Origin: Eledone cirrhosa
Lineage: Eukaryota
Length of the DNA stretch: 64,000 nt
Assembly: GCA_964016885.1 (NCBI GenBank)
Contig: OZ024742.1
Span: 53,134,001 to 53,198,000, forward strand
Direction: 5' to 3'
Part shown: one piece after another, positions 1-14,002 of the stretch
Layout of the letters: every line of letters starts with the position of its first letter
How positions within the stretch are numbered: position 1 is the first letter of the stretch
The notes under the pieces: generated by a model
What the model was told of the DNA's origin: nothing
Seen by the model: the letters and a program-made list of their open reading frames with translations, nothing else
Databases searched by the model: none
Position numbers and translations under genes: made by a program

Positions 1-224
1 AGTGCTGGGATTGGTGTAATCAACTTTCGTCTTCCCCAAAATTGCTGGCCTTGTGCCTAAATTAGAAATTATCAACATCACTATTGTATCGCTATTCCTT
101 GATTCCATTAAAGAGCTTTCTCATACAGAATGCAGAATAAGTCCAGGCATGTTTCTATCTAATTAGACCTATTCAGCAAAGCATTGTCTGTTACTGCAGA
201 TATTAAATGACTAGAGAGGTATAT

Positions 225-812
225 AAGATTATTTTAAATTAACTCTGTGTAATGTTATAATACTTCCTGACTAAACATTTATCTATGTATTATGCTACAA
301 CTCTCCCTGACTACACATTTAACTCTGTGGTGTGTTATACCTCTTCTTGACTACTCAATCAACTGTGTTGTATTATACCTCTCCCTGACTACACCTTTAA
401 CCATGTGTGGTATTATAACTCTCCCAGACTACATGTTTAACCGTGTTTTATTATACCTGTAAAGGCGTGTGGCTGAGTGGTTAGAGAATTGGATTCGCAA
501 TCGTGAGGTTGTGAGTTCGATTCCCGGACCGGGCGATGCGTTATATCTTTGAGCGAGACACTTTATTTCACATTGTTCCTTCTACCTGGAGTTGCGACCG
601 ATAGATTGTATTAGCAACTGGAAAGACCAATGGAAACATTATTTCCTCGGTCCGATTTGACAAAAGTTGATCGTTCCTTCCTTATTATACCTCTCTCTGA
701 TTACACCTTTAACCAATGTGGTACTATAACTCTCCCAGACTACACGTTTAACTGTGTTGTATTATTATACCTCTCCCTAACTACACATTTAACTCTGTGG
801 TGTTATACCTCT
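225..812. repeat. ~38-40 bp minisatellite interrupted by a SINE
   Basis: Repeated 'tattatacctctccctgactacacatttaactctgtgg' on both sides of the 461-673 SINE. Confidence 0.8.
461..673 (+). mobile_element. tRNA-derived CORE-type SINE
   Basis: A box (tggctgagtgg), B box (gttcgattc) and CORE-like 'ctttgagcgagacacttt'. The tail recurs inverted at ~52893-53000. Related heads at ~24270, ~36040 and ~36555. Confidence 0.75.
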
Positions 813-1089
813 TCCAAACTAGATATTTTAAAAATATACAAATTCAGTTTTTTATTACATATATTTTACAATTTTTATATATTTTATTATGTAAAAAATT
901 GTTATGGTTCTATCCTATCTAAATAAAAAATCATCCATTATAACTTTATATCTTAGCAATGAAATAATTAATAACTTCAGTAAATCCCACAAAATTAATA
1001 AATTAATTATTTGAAATAAAATATATTACATTAGAACCATGTTCAGAAAAGGGTTAATGTTATTTTGATTTCTGTTTGTTTTCTTGTAG

Positions 1090-1224
1090 GTGGACCATAC
1101 CATTATTATGTACTTGATAAATCCGAAAGGTGACTTTGTGGATTATTTTGGCCAGAACCGAACTGCTGAAGAAATTTATAATTCTATAACATTGCATATG
1201 AAAAAATATGAATATAATAATTAA
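1090..1224 (+). CDS. SCO1: SCO1/SCO2 cytochrome c oxidase copper chaperone, last coding exon
   Basis: Pyrimidine tract and AG at 1088-1089, then [44 protein letters not shown]. This matches the SCO C-terminus with the copper-ligand His (VDHT). AATAAA at 1280-1285. Confidence 0.93.
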   Translation: MDHTIIMYLINPKGDFVDYFGQNRTAEEIYNSITLHMKKYEYNN

Positions 1225-1828
1225 ATTAAAAGCTTTTCTAATTTAGATACTGAGAAATATTCTTTAAAAATTAAATTGTAATAAATGATGTTGTTTAATT
1301 AATGAGCATCCAGTCATAGAAAACCTGTCAAACAAAGGATCTGTAGGACTCTTCAACTGTATCAAAGACATGACAACTTCCGTAATGTTGGTTATCATCG
1401 TTATCATCATCATCGTTTTAACATCTGTTTTCCATGCCTGCAAGGTTTGAACGGGTCTACATTGACCAAGTCAGCATTGAAGTGGAGCCACTGATCTCCC
1501 AGGCCAAGGATCTGTCACTCATTCCACCGAGTGCACAGGAGAGGTTTTCATGTCTTTGACCTAACTGAGGGTCCTCCAAACCCTTTGTTTGGCAGCACCC
1601 AGTTACCATGATCTGTTTTTAAGACTTCTAAGTGAGAGAAAGAAAGGTGTCCTCAAACTAGAGATTTGGCCCCCATACTTATGATCACTTTTCTATGGTG
1701 GCATGGGTTGCACAAGAATTTTGGAGGTAATGTTTTACAGCTGGATGGCCATCCTGAAACTAACCCTTTTAGTTGTTTCTTACAACATACAGGGATACAG
1801 TGTACCTTTTCTAAACTAGATACATGGC

Positions 1829-1866
<38 letters not shown>

Positions 1867-4800
1867 ATGCACTTTCTTATAGAAACCTGAACAGGAGAAA
1901 TAAGGGGTTGTGGTGTTCATAGCTTTCCCAAGAGATAGCAAAGCAAATGAAGCAATGTGGGAATAACGTCTGCCATTAATAAAAATATTTTTTACATTTG
2001 GCACAAGGCTAGCAATTTGAAGGGAAGGGGAAAGTTAATTAAATCAACCCCAGTATGTTATTGGTAGTTTATTTTATTGACCCCCATAAAAATGAAAAGC
2101 AAAACTAACCTTGTTGGGATTTGCCATTAATAAAATAATGAGATGAAAAAAACCACAGAAAATAGTTGGTTAAATGAACATTTTATTGTTTTTAATCATC
2201 ATTAACACTATAGCAATGACAATATAATTTCAGGTTATAGTATATTGTTGGGGAAAACATTTAGCTTTAGAAAATATATTGGTTTTTATATTTGTATTTT
2301 TTTCACAAAGTATAATGGCTCTATAATTTTGAGGAGACGAAATAGGAAGTTGTGACTTGATGGTTTTTCTAAGAGGGATTTAAACTGGGAAATCAAAACT
2401 GGTTTGTGAATTCAATTCACAGGGAGCTTATAGTTCTTCAGCTGATACTTGGCACATTTAGTTGAAGAATATTTGCAAATAAAATTCCCAAACTTTTAGT
2501 AAACACAAATAAAATAAGACACAATTGATGTACAAAGGAAGGCTGTTTATAGTATTGATTATATAAAGTTCAGTGTGAAACTATTCTGTTCTGTCCTGTT
2601 GGGTGATTTGAAAGAGTATTTGGAGGACATCATCATTTAACGTCTCTTTTCCCTGCTAGAAAGGGTACACGATATTAATGAGTATTGAACATAATGGGAC
2701 TGTAGCAGTTGTGACAGATGATAATTGCTGGCTTGCTGTGGGGATAGGAGTTTGTCAGAAGAACTGAACTGCTGAAAACAAACAAGAAAAGAAAGGTATA
2801 CATGTTAAAAATATTTCACATGTTAGATAATAATTATTTCTTGTAATTAACACTAAGACATAATTCCATATACTTAATTACTCTTTCTAGTTATAAAATA
2901 CTTCAGTGCTGAACATTTACTGATCCTGTACAAATTGCAAGATTTTTCCCTACATTAAAGTGTCACCTGTACATTTAGAATGGTGCTCAGCTCTTCCACA
3001 AACCCATTCATAAATTCTGGTTAATTACCCCTCTCCCCAGAGGGGACACTGAATGGCACTGCACTCCCCCTTCTACCTCCTTTTCAATGGTATATTCTCA
3101 CATTTAGGAAGACGAAATAGAATTATTGCAAATTAGAGTGTCTACCCAGAAAGTTTTGAAGTCTTCTTCCCTGCCCCTCTCCGAACACCAAAGCCTAGCC
3201 TAGTCATGAGCCACTCCACCGCCATAAAAACAATCTGCCTGCTAGACAAACCAGCACACCATTTATCCCACAGCATGTCATGGGCGTTTTTAACTTGCCA
3301 GACCACATTCATCTCCTAGTCTGAACACAGTTGATTATTTCAGGAGAGAGTAAGGAAGCGATACCCAGAAAGAATCGACCCCAGTACTAGACTGGTACAT
3401 TTTTTATCGACCTTGAAAGAACGAAAGGCAGGATTTGAACCGAGAGTAGAGAGAGCCAGAAAGAAATCCTCAAAGTATTCTATCTGACAGTCTAATGACT
3501 CTGCCACTTTTTTGCCTACAAATCAATATAAAAAGATGTAAAAGTTAAATGAAATCAAAGACATTCACCTGTCATTAAATCCTTGTAGAACAACAGATGA
3601 TACACCAGAGTAAGGATTGACATTGCAGATTGAGTTGAAACTCTGATCACATGCAATTGGTTTTTTGGGAAGAAGACTTAACAAACAATGAGCCAAGTCA
3701 TTATTATCAGATAATAATAACTGTATATATTTCACCACCTGGAATTAGATATAAGAAATATGACATGATAGTCGAGGCAGTATTTCAATTCATTTTGAAC
3801 ATTTTTCTTAACCCTTTAGCATTTAAATTACTCTATATAAACTATTGTATTGACTTGGTAAAGGCTTTATCTCACATAATATCGAATCTATGAGATTTTG
3901 ATATTATTTATTTTGAAAACAATACCTTAACATCAGTATGAGTAGCACGTTTTGGCCGGTTTGAACAGAAAGAGGTGAGAGAATTCTGACCGGATACTGC
4001 CAGTTTAAATGCTAAAGGGTTAAACATTAAAAACAACCACTTAAATATACATAGAAAGGACTGATGCAGGGGGTGGACATTGGTCTTGACAAGGACATGA
4101 TGACTATCTAATGCTGGTGACATGATAAAATTCAGGAAGAAGTGTCTTTAAAGTGGTTGGTGTTAGGAAGGGTGTCCAGTTATAGAAACCATGCCAAACA
4201 TGAAAGATTTGATAATTCCACCTGATTCATCTTGGAGACAATAACTCCAAATAAGGACACATACCAGCTTGATGGTAAGTGGATGTAAAATGAGTGTGTG
4301 TGTGTATATAAAGGCCAGGTAGTTATGTTAAAATAGGTGACCCGGGGCTAAATACCACCACAAACAATTAAGGACTGATTAATCTAGGGTTGACCTGCAG
4401 CTAAATACCACCATCAACAACAACATATAATATTAAACAATAATGTAAATACCGTATATGCTGGCTACCTGGCATATAAGACGACCCCCCCCCCACCCCC
4501 CCAATTGTTCATGTTATAAAATGTGGGTTTTAAGCTATATTCGCCGTATAAGACGACCCCCCCCCCCCCCCATCGTATTTTAAAATGTATTGTTAAATTT
4601 ATTAAATAAATTCATTAAGCATATACTTTATCACTTAAATTCTAATGAAAAAATGCTGGAGAGATATTGTCAAATAACTACCACAATGTACCCAATACAA
4701 TTACCATTACCCGGTAACGTGATCAGCTGCTGTAAGTGTAGAACTGGCTAGCATGCTAAACTATGATTAAAAGGTTGCCAAGTATGCAGGCATATATATT

Positions 4801-6500
4801 ACCTATAATTTGAAATACTTCCTTCTTACCTTTTTAGCTGAGTTTAGGCAATGGTTATAGTCATGCAAAACAGCAACAAGGGTGCGAAATACTTCTGGTT
4901 TATCAAAGTAGTTGCTTTTAATCATGTTAAGTAATGCCACCAAGGGAGATATTTCCAGTCGTGTTACATGAATTCCAGCTCAACAAAATAAAAAGATATT
5001 TTTTCCTTAAAAATACTGATTTTTAACACATATGGGATTACAAGGTTAGAATGAAATAAGTAATATTGTTTTGTAATTTTTGAGATGTAAAAATGAAAGC
5101 AGCTATTGGTAGGGTTAGGAATATGACTTTTTTTTACATCCTGTAATGATTTAGCAGAAAATATCTAAAAATGGGTTTGTTAATTTAAATGTTTATAGTA
5201 TATTTACTAGTGAACAGATGGTTGAAAAAATTTGCAGTGTGAGAGGAAAGACTTTTATTTTTAATGCAAGAATGGAAAAATAGACAAAGTAGTGATGGTG
5301 ATGCAATAGGTGCTGTTCTGTACTTTTCAAGAATGTCTTGTTAATGTGGTTTCATGTGGTACAGGACGTTAAGAGTTAAAGTTGTCCCATAGTAGCATGT
5401 TTAAAAAAAGCAGGATATATTCAGAGAGAGAAAGTGGGGGAGATTGTGTTTAAAGAATTAGATGAGGGAAGGCGGCTGGATTTGTGGTACATGTTTCAAT
5501 GTAAAAGGTAGAAATTAATTGTCTGAAAAATTATAGATTTAATGCTATTCCTATTTTTAAAGATAAAGCTAAGTACTCACACATGGTTTTTTTTTTTTTT
5601 TCTGTAAATTCTTTCAACCTGTAAAATTATGATAAAAAAGTTTTTTAATTATTTCTGCTCCTACAAATAAAACGAGTTATATAATGTATTTATAAGACAG
5701 GAGTTTATGAATAGCTAGCCAGGGAAAATTCTATCTATTTTTCACGTTTGAAAGGTTCCATAGAAGTAGTTGATATTTTTGTTAAGAAATATTTCTTTTT
5801 AAATTGCATCTTGTGTGATTTTTATTGTGCATTGTCGATTAATATAAATTACTTTTTATTGGAAATTGGTATTTTCAAGTTTACTCGAGTAAAATTTCTA
5901 GAAAATCTACCCCTCTGTCCCCCTTAACCTTGTGTGAAATTGAAGGAGTGTACTCGTTTTTATTTCTTTTCTTTTTTACATTTTTTTTTTTATTCAAATT
6001 AATTCTATTTGTCATTAGAAAAAAAAAATTGTAAACTCTACATGTGTATGTCGTGGCGGAGGGTAGAACTACCTCTTTACGAGGGTGTCGATAAAATAAA
6101 GTATAAGTCAAATACTGAGGTTGATTTAATCAACTTAGCTTTCCACTCCAAATTGCAAGCCTTGTGTTTAAATTATTTCTTGCAAATTTATGGTCGTTTG
6201 TGTTCTGAGTTCAAATCCCGCAGAGGTTAGCTTTGCCTTTCATCCTTAGGGGGCCGATAAAATAATGCACTGGGTCGATTTAATTGTTAGGGAATAACGT
6301 GATAAATTATTTTGTTTTCCTTTTTTGTTTGCTTTTTTGGTGTGGGCTGTTTTCAACGAATCTGATATTGAAACCAGTCGGAAATTACTGGTTTGGAGGT
6401 CAGATTCGTTGAGAACACAAAAAAATATATACATATATATGAAAAATATTATTTCCCATCGAAAGCGAGACTGTTTCTCAAGAATGTTTGCAATAATACA

Positions 6501-6850
6501 TAATAATTGTTTCTACTATTGGCACAAGGCCAGTAATTATCCCAGTACGTTACTGGTACGTTATTTTATCGACCCCGTAAGGATGAAAGGCAAAGTTAAC
6601 CTCGGCGGGATTTGAACTCAGAATGGCAAGGGCCGTAACTCTATGCGTCAGAGCATGGCGTCCGACCCTCTACCGATACTGCCATTTGAAAGGATGCTTA
6701 CTAATAAACTGAATATATATATAATTGTTTCTACTATTGCCACAAGGCCAGCAATTACCCAGTACATTACTGGTACTTTATTTTATCGACCCTGTAAGGA
6801 TGAAAGGCAAAGTTAACCTCGGCGGGATTTGAACTCAGAATGGCAAGGGC
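6501..6850 (-). mobile_element. Two adjacent Nin-domain SINE copies
   Basis: Reverse-complement matches to 44916-45096 at ~6501-6684 (full) and ~6722-6850 (5'-truncated). Confidence 0.85.
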
Positions 6851-7379
6851 AATATATATAATGAATAAAAATAACCAGGTTTTAATTACATCGTTTAATA
6901 GATTTATGAACGTTTCTTTCAAATAGAGTAGGAAGTGCCATTTTAGTACTGAATTCCTCAGAATCATTAAACAATACAAAAAATATAATTAATTACCAAC
7001 TGCATGTCCGAACATCTCCAATTTCAAAACGTAAAGAACTTTAAATTGAGTCGAGAAAATGTTAAAACTTATGGAAGACTAAACGCACAAATTAAAATTT
7101 ATTAGTAATAAATATACTATGTAGTAATTAGCTTCACTCTTAAACACGTACATAGACGTTTCCAGCGCGTCTCCCTTGCCGTCCGTCCTCCGGGGAAACG
7201 CCTTCTCCATTCTGTCCGCCGGGGCGGGGGGCATCACATATCATTCCATTGAATCAAGTTTTTAAAATTAATTTCTCATATATGATATATTTGAGCACAC
7301 ACATATACATATGTGTGTCTGTATTTCTACCTATAATGTAATGTATGCTAAAAGAAATATTTATAAATTTTATTGAATA

Positions 7380-8645
7380 CTAGCAGAGGTACCCGGCATT
7401 GCTCGGGGATTAAATAGCAGTTATGTATACCATTTATGTCAATACTTCAGTGCTGCTTCGAAAACTATACTTTTACAAAATCATCGGCTTTTTCCAAAAG
7501 GGGGTTCCTGCCCCCCAGGGGTCCCCTACTCAATATGTGCCAATTCTGAGAGTTCACATTCATCTGTAGAACACGTAGCCCATGTGTCAAGTTTTGTGAA
7601 AATCGGTTGCGAACTCCAGAAATTATGACGTTTTGTTGCATTGCACTTCAGTTCTTCAGTCGACCCCAAGGAAGTGGTTAAAGGGGGTTATCTGCCGGGA
7701 GGCCCTATAATCAATATCTGGAAAAATGAAAGTGCCCATGACCATCCGGAGTACATAAGTAACCTGTGTCTTAAGTTTGGTGAAAATACTGTAGAAATGC
7801 ATAAGGTTTACACACACGTGCGCGCGCGCGCGTGTGTTTTTGCGTGTGCGTATGTATATGTATGTCCGTCGGCGCATACGTATGTACTGGCCTAAATCTT
7901 CACTATTTACTTTTACTATTTCAAGGCAAAGTTAAAATTCCGTCGAAGTTAACTTTGCCTTTCATCCATACGGGGTCGATAAAATAAAGTACCAGTAATG
8001 TACTGAGTAATTGCTGGCCTTGTGCTAAAAGTAGAAACAACTATTTTAATAACCTCTGTCATTTTCGTTTACAATTTTATTTACATCATTCTTAAACTCC
8101 GGGGCTGGAAATCATTCGGTTATTTTAAATAGAATATTAGTCTAACAATTCCATTTACACCATAAACTTGGTCTTGTCTTTGCATGAAATTGTTCTTCTC
8201 GGTCCACATAACGACGTATTATCCTCGCTTAATAGATTTAACTCTTACTGGAACGCTGCACGAACACACACACACATGTTAATTAGTTATAGCATTCCTT
8301 CCCCTCTTCCACTATCATGTATCAAACACAGCGTCTGTCGCTCTCTCTATCTCTCTCTATCTCTCCCGCTATCCCCCTCTTTTGGTCTGTCTGTTTCTTT
8401 CACTCTCACTCTTTCTTTTTCATTTTTATAGATATAGAGATTTTTCTGTGCAAAGTCGTACCTATAGTCAGTTTTATCGATGTTTTACCTGGGCAAAGGG
8501 GGAGTCGATCATTGGCAATGTCGTGCCGACCTGCGTTGATAAGTTGATTACAAAAAGAATTTTGAAAATCGGCCTTGCGGATCAAAAGTTGCTGCGGAAC
8601 AGACACACACACAGACAGACATTTTCCTTTTTATAGATATAGATA
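7380..8645 (+). mobile_element. Helentron/HINE-like non-autonomous element with a nested SINE fragment
   Basis: Starts ACTAGC..GTACCCGGC.TTGCTCGGG and ends with (GACA)n..tatagatatagat. About 700 bp are shared with 43124-43860. Confidence 0.65.
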
Positions 8646-11110
8646 TATTTCTAGTCAATGCTCTGAATACGTAATTTAAAAAAATCAACAAAATTTCAGT
8701 ACAGGGCAGGGCTTAAAAATGACTTCTATTATTTGTCATTTGCATGAATTAAGCTTCTCAGAAAGTTATATATACAAATGATTTATTTACAGGCAGGTAT
8801 ACATTTGTATTGTCAATTCACCTGTACATAAACGTTTTAATTTAATGTCGTACATAAACTTAAATAAGCATTTATAGGAATAAAATTAGAGCTTATAAAT
8901 TTAATAATATTTATTAATTAAAGTTACGACCAATGTTAATACTAACAATATAGTATATTAAAAAATAATATAAAATTATATATATATGTAAAATAAAAAG
9001 TGCGATATTTTATGTCTTCATTACGTTTATTGAGTAGTGACGCACATTTCGCTATTGATTTGTCATTACCACGCCAGAGATACGACGAGCTTTTGATTCC
9101 AGAGTCGGGCTAGATCGATACAGATCGAACCTTGAGCTAATCAATAGCGAAACGCGCGTCACTACCCAATAAACGTAATGAAGACATAACAAATCGACCT
9201 TTTTATTACACTATTTAGTTCTACACCTCTATACTTATTGTAAACTACACCGAGTGCTCACTCTGGTGAACCTGCAGTAACTAGATGTTACAATCCCTGT
9301 TTATAAGGGAGAGAAAACAGTGGGAGAAGACTTGCACACTCAGTCACATGCTATAAGGGACTTTGGAGTTTCCCCTTTTATAATTCTTGTAAGCGAACTT
9401 GCCAATTCGAACAAAGCTTTGAGATCGCTTTCGGTTATGTCGCCAATGTTTGTGGTTGGCGGCGATTTGGCAGAATCATTAAAACGACAGATGAAATACA
9501 TTGCGATATTTGTTCTAACGAAAACTGAATTCAAATCTATCGTGATTAATTTTGTTTGTATGTCATGACGGTACCTCTACGACTCCATCAAGAGTTACGG
9601 GTCCATACACAAAGTTTTAGGGGGGAAATTTCTCTATACCAAACCGTAGTGCGCAATCGAACGAGTGTGTTTGCCTTTTAAAATCATGTTTATTATTGTC
9701 CAGTTACATTATACATTTCTACTTATTAATGTTTAATAAGTGGCTAGGCCTCTACGTTCCATGTTGGATCAAACGCATTGCAGTTTTTCGTTACGCCCTT
9801 CTACTTTCTGGTTTCAAATCCTACCAAGATCAACTTTGCCTTTCAACCTTCCAAAGTCGATAAAATAAAGTACCAGTCAAGAACTAGGGTCGATATAATC
9901 GATTTTCCTCTCCCCGAAATCATTGGCCTTGTGCCTCAATTAGAAATCATTACTTAATGGATGACACTCCCAATCTACGAAATATCTAATAAATATTACA
10001 TATATCTTCAACATTTTCCACAAAACTTTCAAATAAATAACTGTATTTTTGTTTATTTTAAAATTTATATTCAATCGAGAACATTTCAAATCGATTGTCG
10101 CAGTTTACTTGTCTGTTTCATACATTTGGCGCCAAACTTAATAGCTTCCCCGCCAAAAAGGGATCCTCTACATGGTTGATCGATTCAACCAGTTACAAAA
10201 GGATTATTATACTAAAGAAGTGAGTATCTTAAGTTCCTGGAGAGGTAGTGTTCACCTTGAGTGTGTTCACTATCTACTTTCATTGCATAGGGTATAAACT
10301 GAGCATACAGAGGGCATGTGGAGCTTTCCATTATCTTCCTCTGCTAGAAATAGCCGGAAAATCTCCTTTAAAACATATAGTCTTTGGAAAACGGAAAAAA
10401 AACATTGGATAATGTATTCCTAGACAAATGGGTGAATACATGATGATCACAATTGGAACATCTTAATGAAAGACATGGCATGGTTTTGGAATCATTTGGA
10501 AAATATTCATGAATTTAAAAGGATTCAGTAATGTAACTAACTTTCTCGTTATTTAGTTGATGTTTGGTGCATAAAAGTTCTTGAACCATACATCTTTTTA
10601 TCCAAGAACCAAAGGTAGTTTTCTATAATAAAAAATATAATAATTTCACGCATGGATGAAGATCCAAACCTATTTTCTTTGCGGTAAATTGGATAATGTA
10701 GCTCTAGAAATACTGTCTAAAGATGGGTAAAGACAGGATAGTCACGGCTGGAACATCTTTATTAACACTACCATCATCTTTCAGGACGATTCGATGAGGG
10801 AAACTATGTGGTTACATGATCTGCTAGAAGAAGCAGTCAAATCTCCCTTAAAACACGTCTTGAGGTCTTTAGAAAAGACAGTACATTGGATAATAAATCC
10901 TAGAAACATTGTCTAGAAAAGGGGGCGAAGATAGGATGGTCAAGTCCAAAACATTCTTGATCGTGTTTTCTCTTATTAGAGTTGGCCTGGAGATAAACCA
11001 CAAGTCAACTAACAAGAGGGATATACAAGTACATCCGACTCGCAAGAAATAACATCGAATGGCCATAAATTTCATCCTACCATTAAAAAAAAAAAAAAGG
11101 CCAAGTTAAA

Positions 11111-11350
11111 ATTTACTATTACACCCGTCTCGGTGACGAGTGTAATAGTAATTTTTTAATGAATTTTAATGGTAGCTACTTAAAAGATTTGGTTAGAATT
11201 TAGAGGTCGAAATTTATGTTTTTCCTTCGAATGTTTTGTTTTAAATGATTATGACCTTCAAAACTGTCATAAATTTCTGGTTTTTCTGTGGTTCCTTCAC
11301 ACGAGAATATAATTACAGCTGTCTAGGAGACGGGTGTAATTATTAAAAAA
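11111..11350. mobile_element. MITE-like repeat with attacacccgtctc inverted ends
   Basis: Terminal inverted motif; diverged second copy at ~37930-38145. Confidence 0.55.
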
Positions 11351-12591
11351 ATTACCTACAGTAAAGTCGTAAACATTGTAACTCGAAAATAAAGCAAGAC
11401 ATGATGTTCTCAGTTGGAAAGATTTTAGATTGTTAGGTCTGCTGGATTGTATCAGTACTGAAGTTAATGCGAGGGCTAAATAAAAACTATCATACCTCAC
11501 TTAAGACATCTTCCAAGAAAGCAACCGAGAAACTATAGCAGAAGCAGCTTATAATCACAGATTGATGAAACTTAATGACTCATAAACACCCAAAGTAGCA
11601 TTGTGGTGTTATTATATCCTCCAATTAATGTTATAAATTGGTTATTGTTATCACAGAAATGAAGAAGAAATCGAAAAAATAAATCACATTATTTTAAATA
11701 AAACGCGATTTGCTCCATATACATGTATATAAATTGTTTGAAGGATTACAAGTATTTTCAGTTAATTAGTTAACTTAAAATATTTCTTTAATTAATTGCA
11801 ATTATTGTTTATATTATTTAAATGAAATATGACACTTTTTCTTAGCCAAAATTGTGATTTTCTTTCGTAAAGCTAATTAATTCTGTTGGCCATAATATAT
11901 GTGTGTATGTGTATACATATGCATGTGTGTGTCTCTCTCAATTATATATATACACATATATTAATGTTCCTTTACCTTGAGTATTTTCTGAAACTGGTAT
12001 TATTTCTGTGATTTAAAAATATCCTGGTGTGAGATATTATATAAAATATAAATAATACAATAATATATATCTTATCTGTTTGATTCAGGCTCTCAGATAA
12101 TTCACAACTGATTTTTTACTTTAACAATTTACAAATTAATTTCAAATTACCAATGTGATCGTTAAAATAAATCGTAAAACGTGTCTTTGAAGGGGAGCTC
12201 AACTTCGATCAAGTTATGTGTATATATAGAGAAGATTAATCCGGGATTTCTCATACAGGGTTATGATATAAAATTAGGAAGTGTGATACAAATATGATCG
12301 AACTAAGATTTGTTATATAGATGACATTAGCTCCAAATGTCAAAGTAAATTCATTTCCTGACGTCGTTAACGACGTTGTGTTGACACTGTAAAACGCTGA
12401 CACTGATGGTTACATGTCTCTCTGCGTGTATATATATATATATATAAATACACACACACACATATATGTGTGTATATGTATATATCTATACACATATATA
12501 TATATATATGTATGTATGTGTGTGTGTAATTTATTTCTATATATACATGTACTTTATTTCTCTCTCTATATATATAAATATATATATATAT

Positions 12592-13420
12592 ACTAGCTGG
12601 GGTACCCGGCTTCGCCCGGGTAAACATGATAGAAGACCAGTAGAAGAGAAAGCGACTGTATTGGATGCGTTGTCTGGTTTACAGTACGAGGCTGAACCGT
12701 GGTGTGTGTGTGACCTAAAAACACAGTAAAACAACTTCCAGTTATACCAGATTTCTTTGTTTTACCGTTCGTGCATTGCATGTGAAGATTTCTAGGTGTT
12801 TCCACTCATGAACAACCTACATTTAACTATATATGTGTAAAATTCGATTCTCTCATATTCAATCTTACAACTTTGAGAATTTGAACGGCAGTCTGGTAGA
12901 GGAAGGGATAAGAGGAATAAATGTGAATAAATGCATTTTCCCCTTGATGATTACGACTAGAATCGTGACCTGTAAGTGATGGTTCATCATGTGTCTGGCT
13001 GTTAAGCGTGTGCCATTTCATATATGTGGCAAGTCCAGAAGGATAATGGGAGTTCCAATATTTGGTGCCAATTTATGTAGAGGAAGTCCAGGAAGTCCCA
13101 GACTATTAAGGAATTCTGCTGGATAATTAACAGCATCAACATCCTCTTCAACCTTGTCCATGGAGACATATGTATGAACCTCCCCTTTGAGCTTATCCAG
13201 TAGGCATTGATTGATCTGATTTACCATATTATTTTTTGCTGCTAAAATTGCTATCAACCAACAAACCTCTCTTGTATATAGATGATTATATATGTGTGCG
13301 TGTAAACTTCGGAGACATTGCTTCTGAAAAATGAGTATCACTGACAATGCATGCATAGAGTGAATTCCTTACCGTTATCTCCCAGCCTGCTAACAATTGC
13401 AATCAAGTTGGTTAGCATAT
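12592..13420 (-). mobile_element. Helitron/Helentron remnant with a PIF1 helicase fragment
   Basis: Terminus actagctggggtacccggcttcgcccggg at 12592. ORF 13018-13356 ILAAKN..V..IN...YPAEFLNSLGLPGLPLHKL..G.PIILL is typical of RepHel helicase. Confidence 0.8.
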
Positions 13421-13698
13421 ATTGGATTTCTTTTTCTTTTTTGATGTTATAAAATGAGTATCAATAAACGTTTCTGCATGTTCCCTTATTGTATTGGTGT
13501 ACTTTTCGATTGCCAGTTTTCGTTTTTGTGTGATGCACGAAGTCACCAACCAACAAACATCCCTTGTTACCAAACTATCGCTGTCAGTCGTGCAGAATCC
13601 AGTCCATATACTATTCCTTTCTCACCACAGCCATACATGGGTTGAAAATCCGTTCGATGAAATGCGCATCGAGTATGGTTTGCTAATTTGTTGTGTAA

Positions 13699-13732
<34 letters not shown>

Positions 13733-13772
13733 TACTTCAAAATATTAATATAGACATTCATGTGATCAAATA

Positions 13773-13838
13773 TATTTTATTATACATATTTCAGAGATAC
13801 TGAGCTATTTCAATAGTACGTCCTCATCAGATAAAATA
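13773..13838 (-). ncRNA. Type-I hammerhead ribozyme, family A (mirror copy)
   Basis: Near-exact reverse complement of 13937-14002 in the left arm of a palindrome. Confidence 0.78.
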
Positions 13839-13936
13839 AGTTGATGCTTGACATACCTTAACTATGTTGATGGTTATAATTTAGCCATGACTAAATTATA
13901 ACCATCAACATAGTCATGGTATGTCAAGCATCAACT

Positions 13937-14002
13937 TATTTTATCTGATGAGGATGTACTGTTGAAATAACTCAGTATCTCTGAAATATGTATAATAAAA
14001 TA
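13937..14002 (+). ncRNA. Type-I hammerhead ribozyme, family A
   Basis: tattttat-CTGATGA-ggatgtactg..cagtatctct-GAAA-tatgta-TA^ataaaata: 8-bp stem I, minimal stem III. Confidence 0.8.

Noticed and set aside
461-535. tRNA-like sequence
   Set aside because: It continues into a CORE-like domain and lacks a clean cloverleaf and terminator, so it is a SINE head.
9320-9590. Short ORFs on both strands
   Set aside because: No recognisable domain, an in-frame stop after the nearest ATG, and no clear splice partners.
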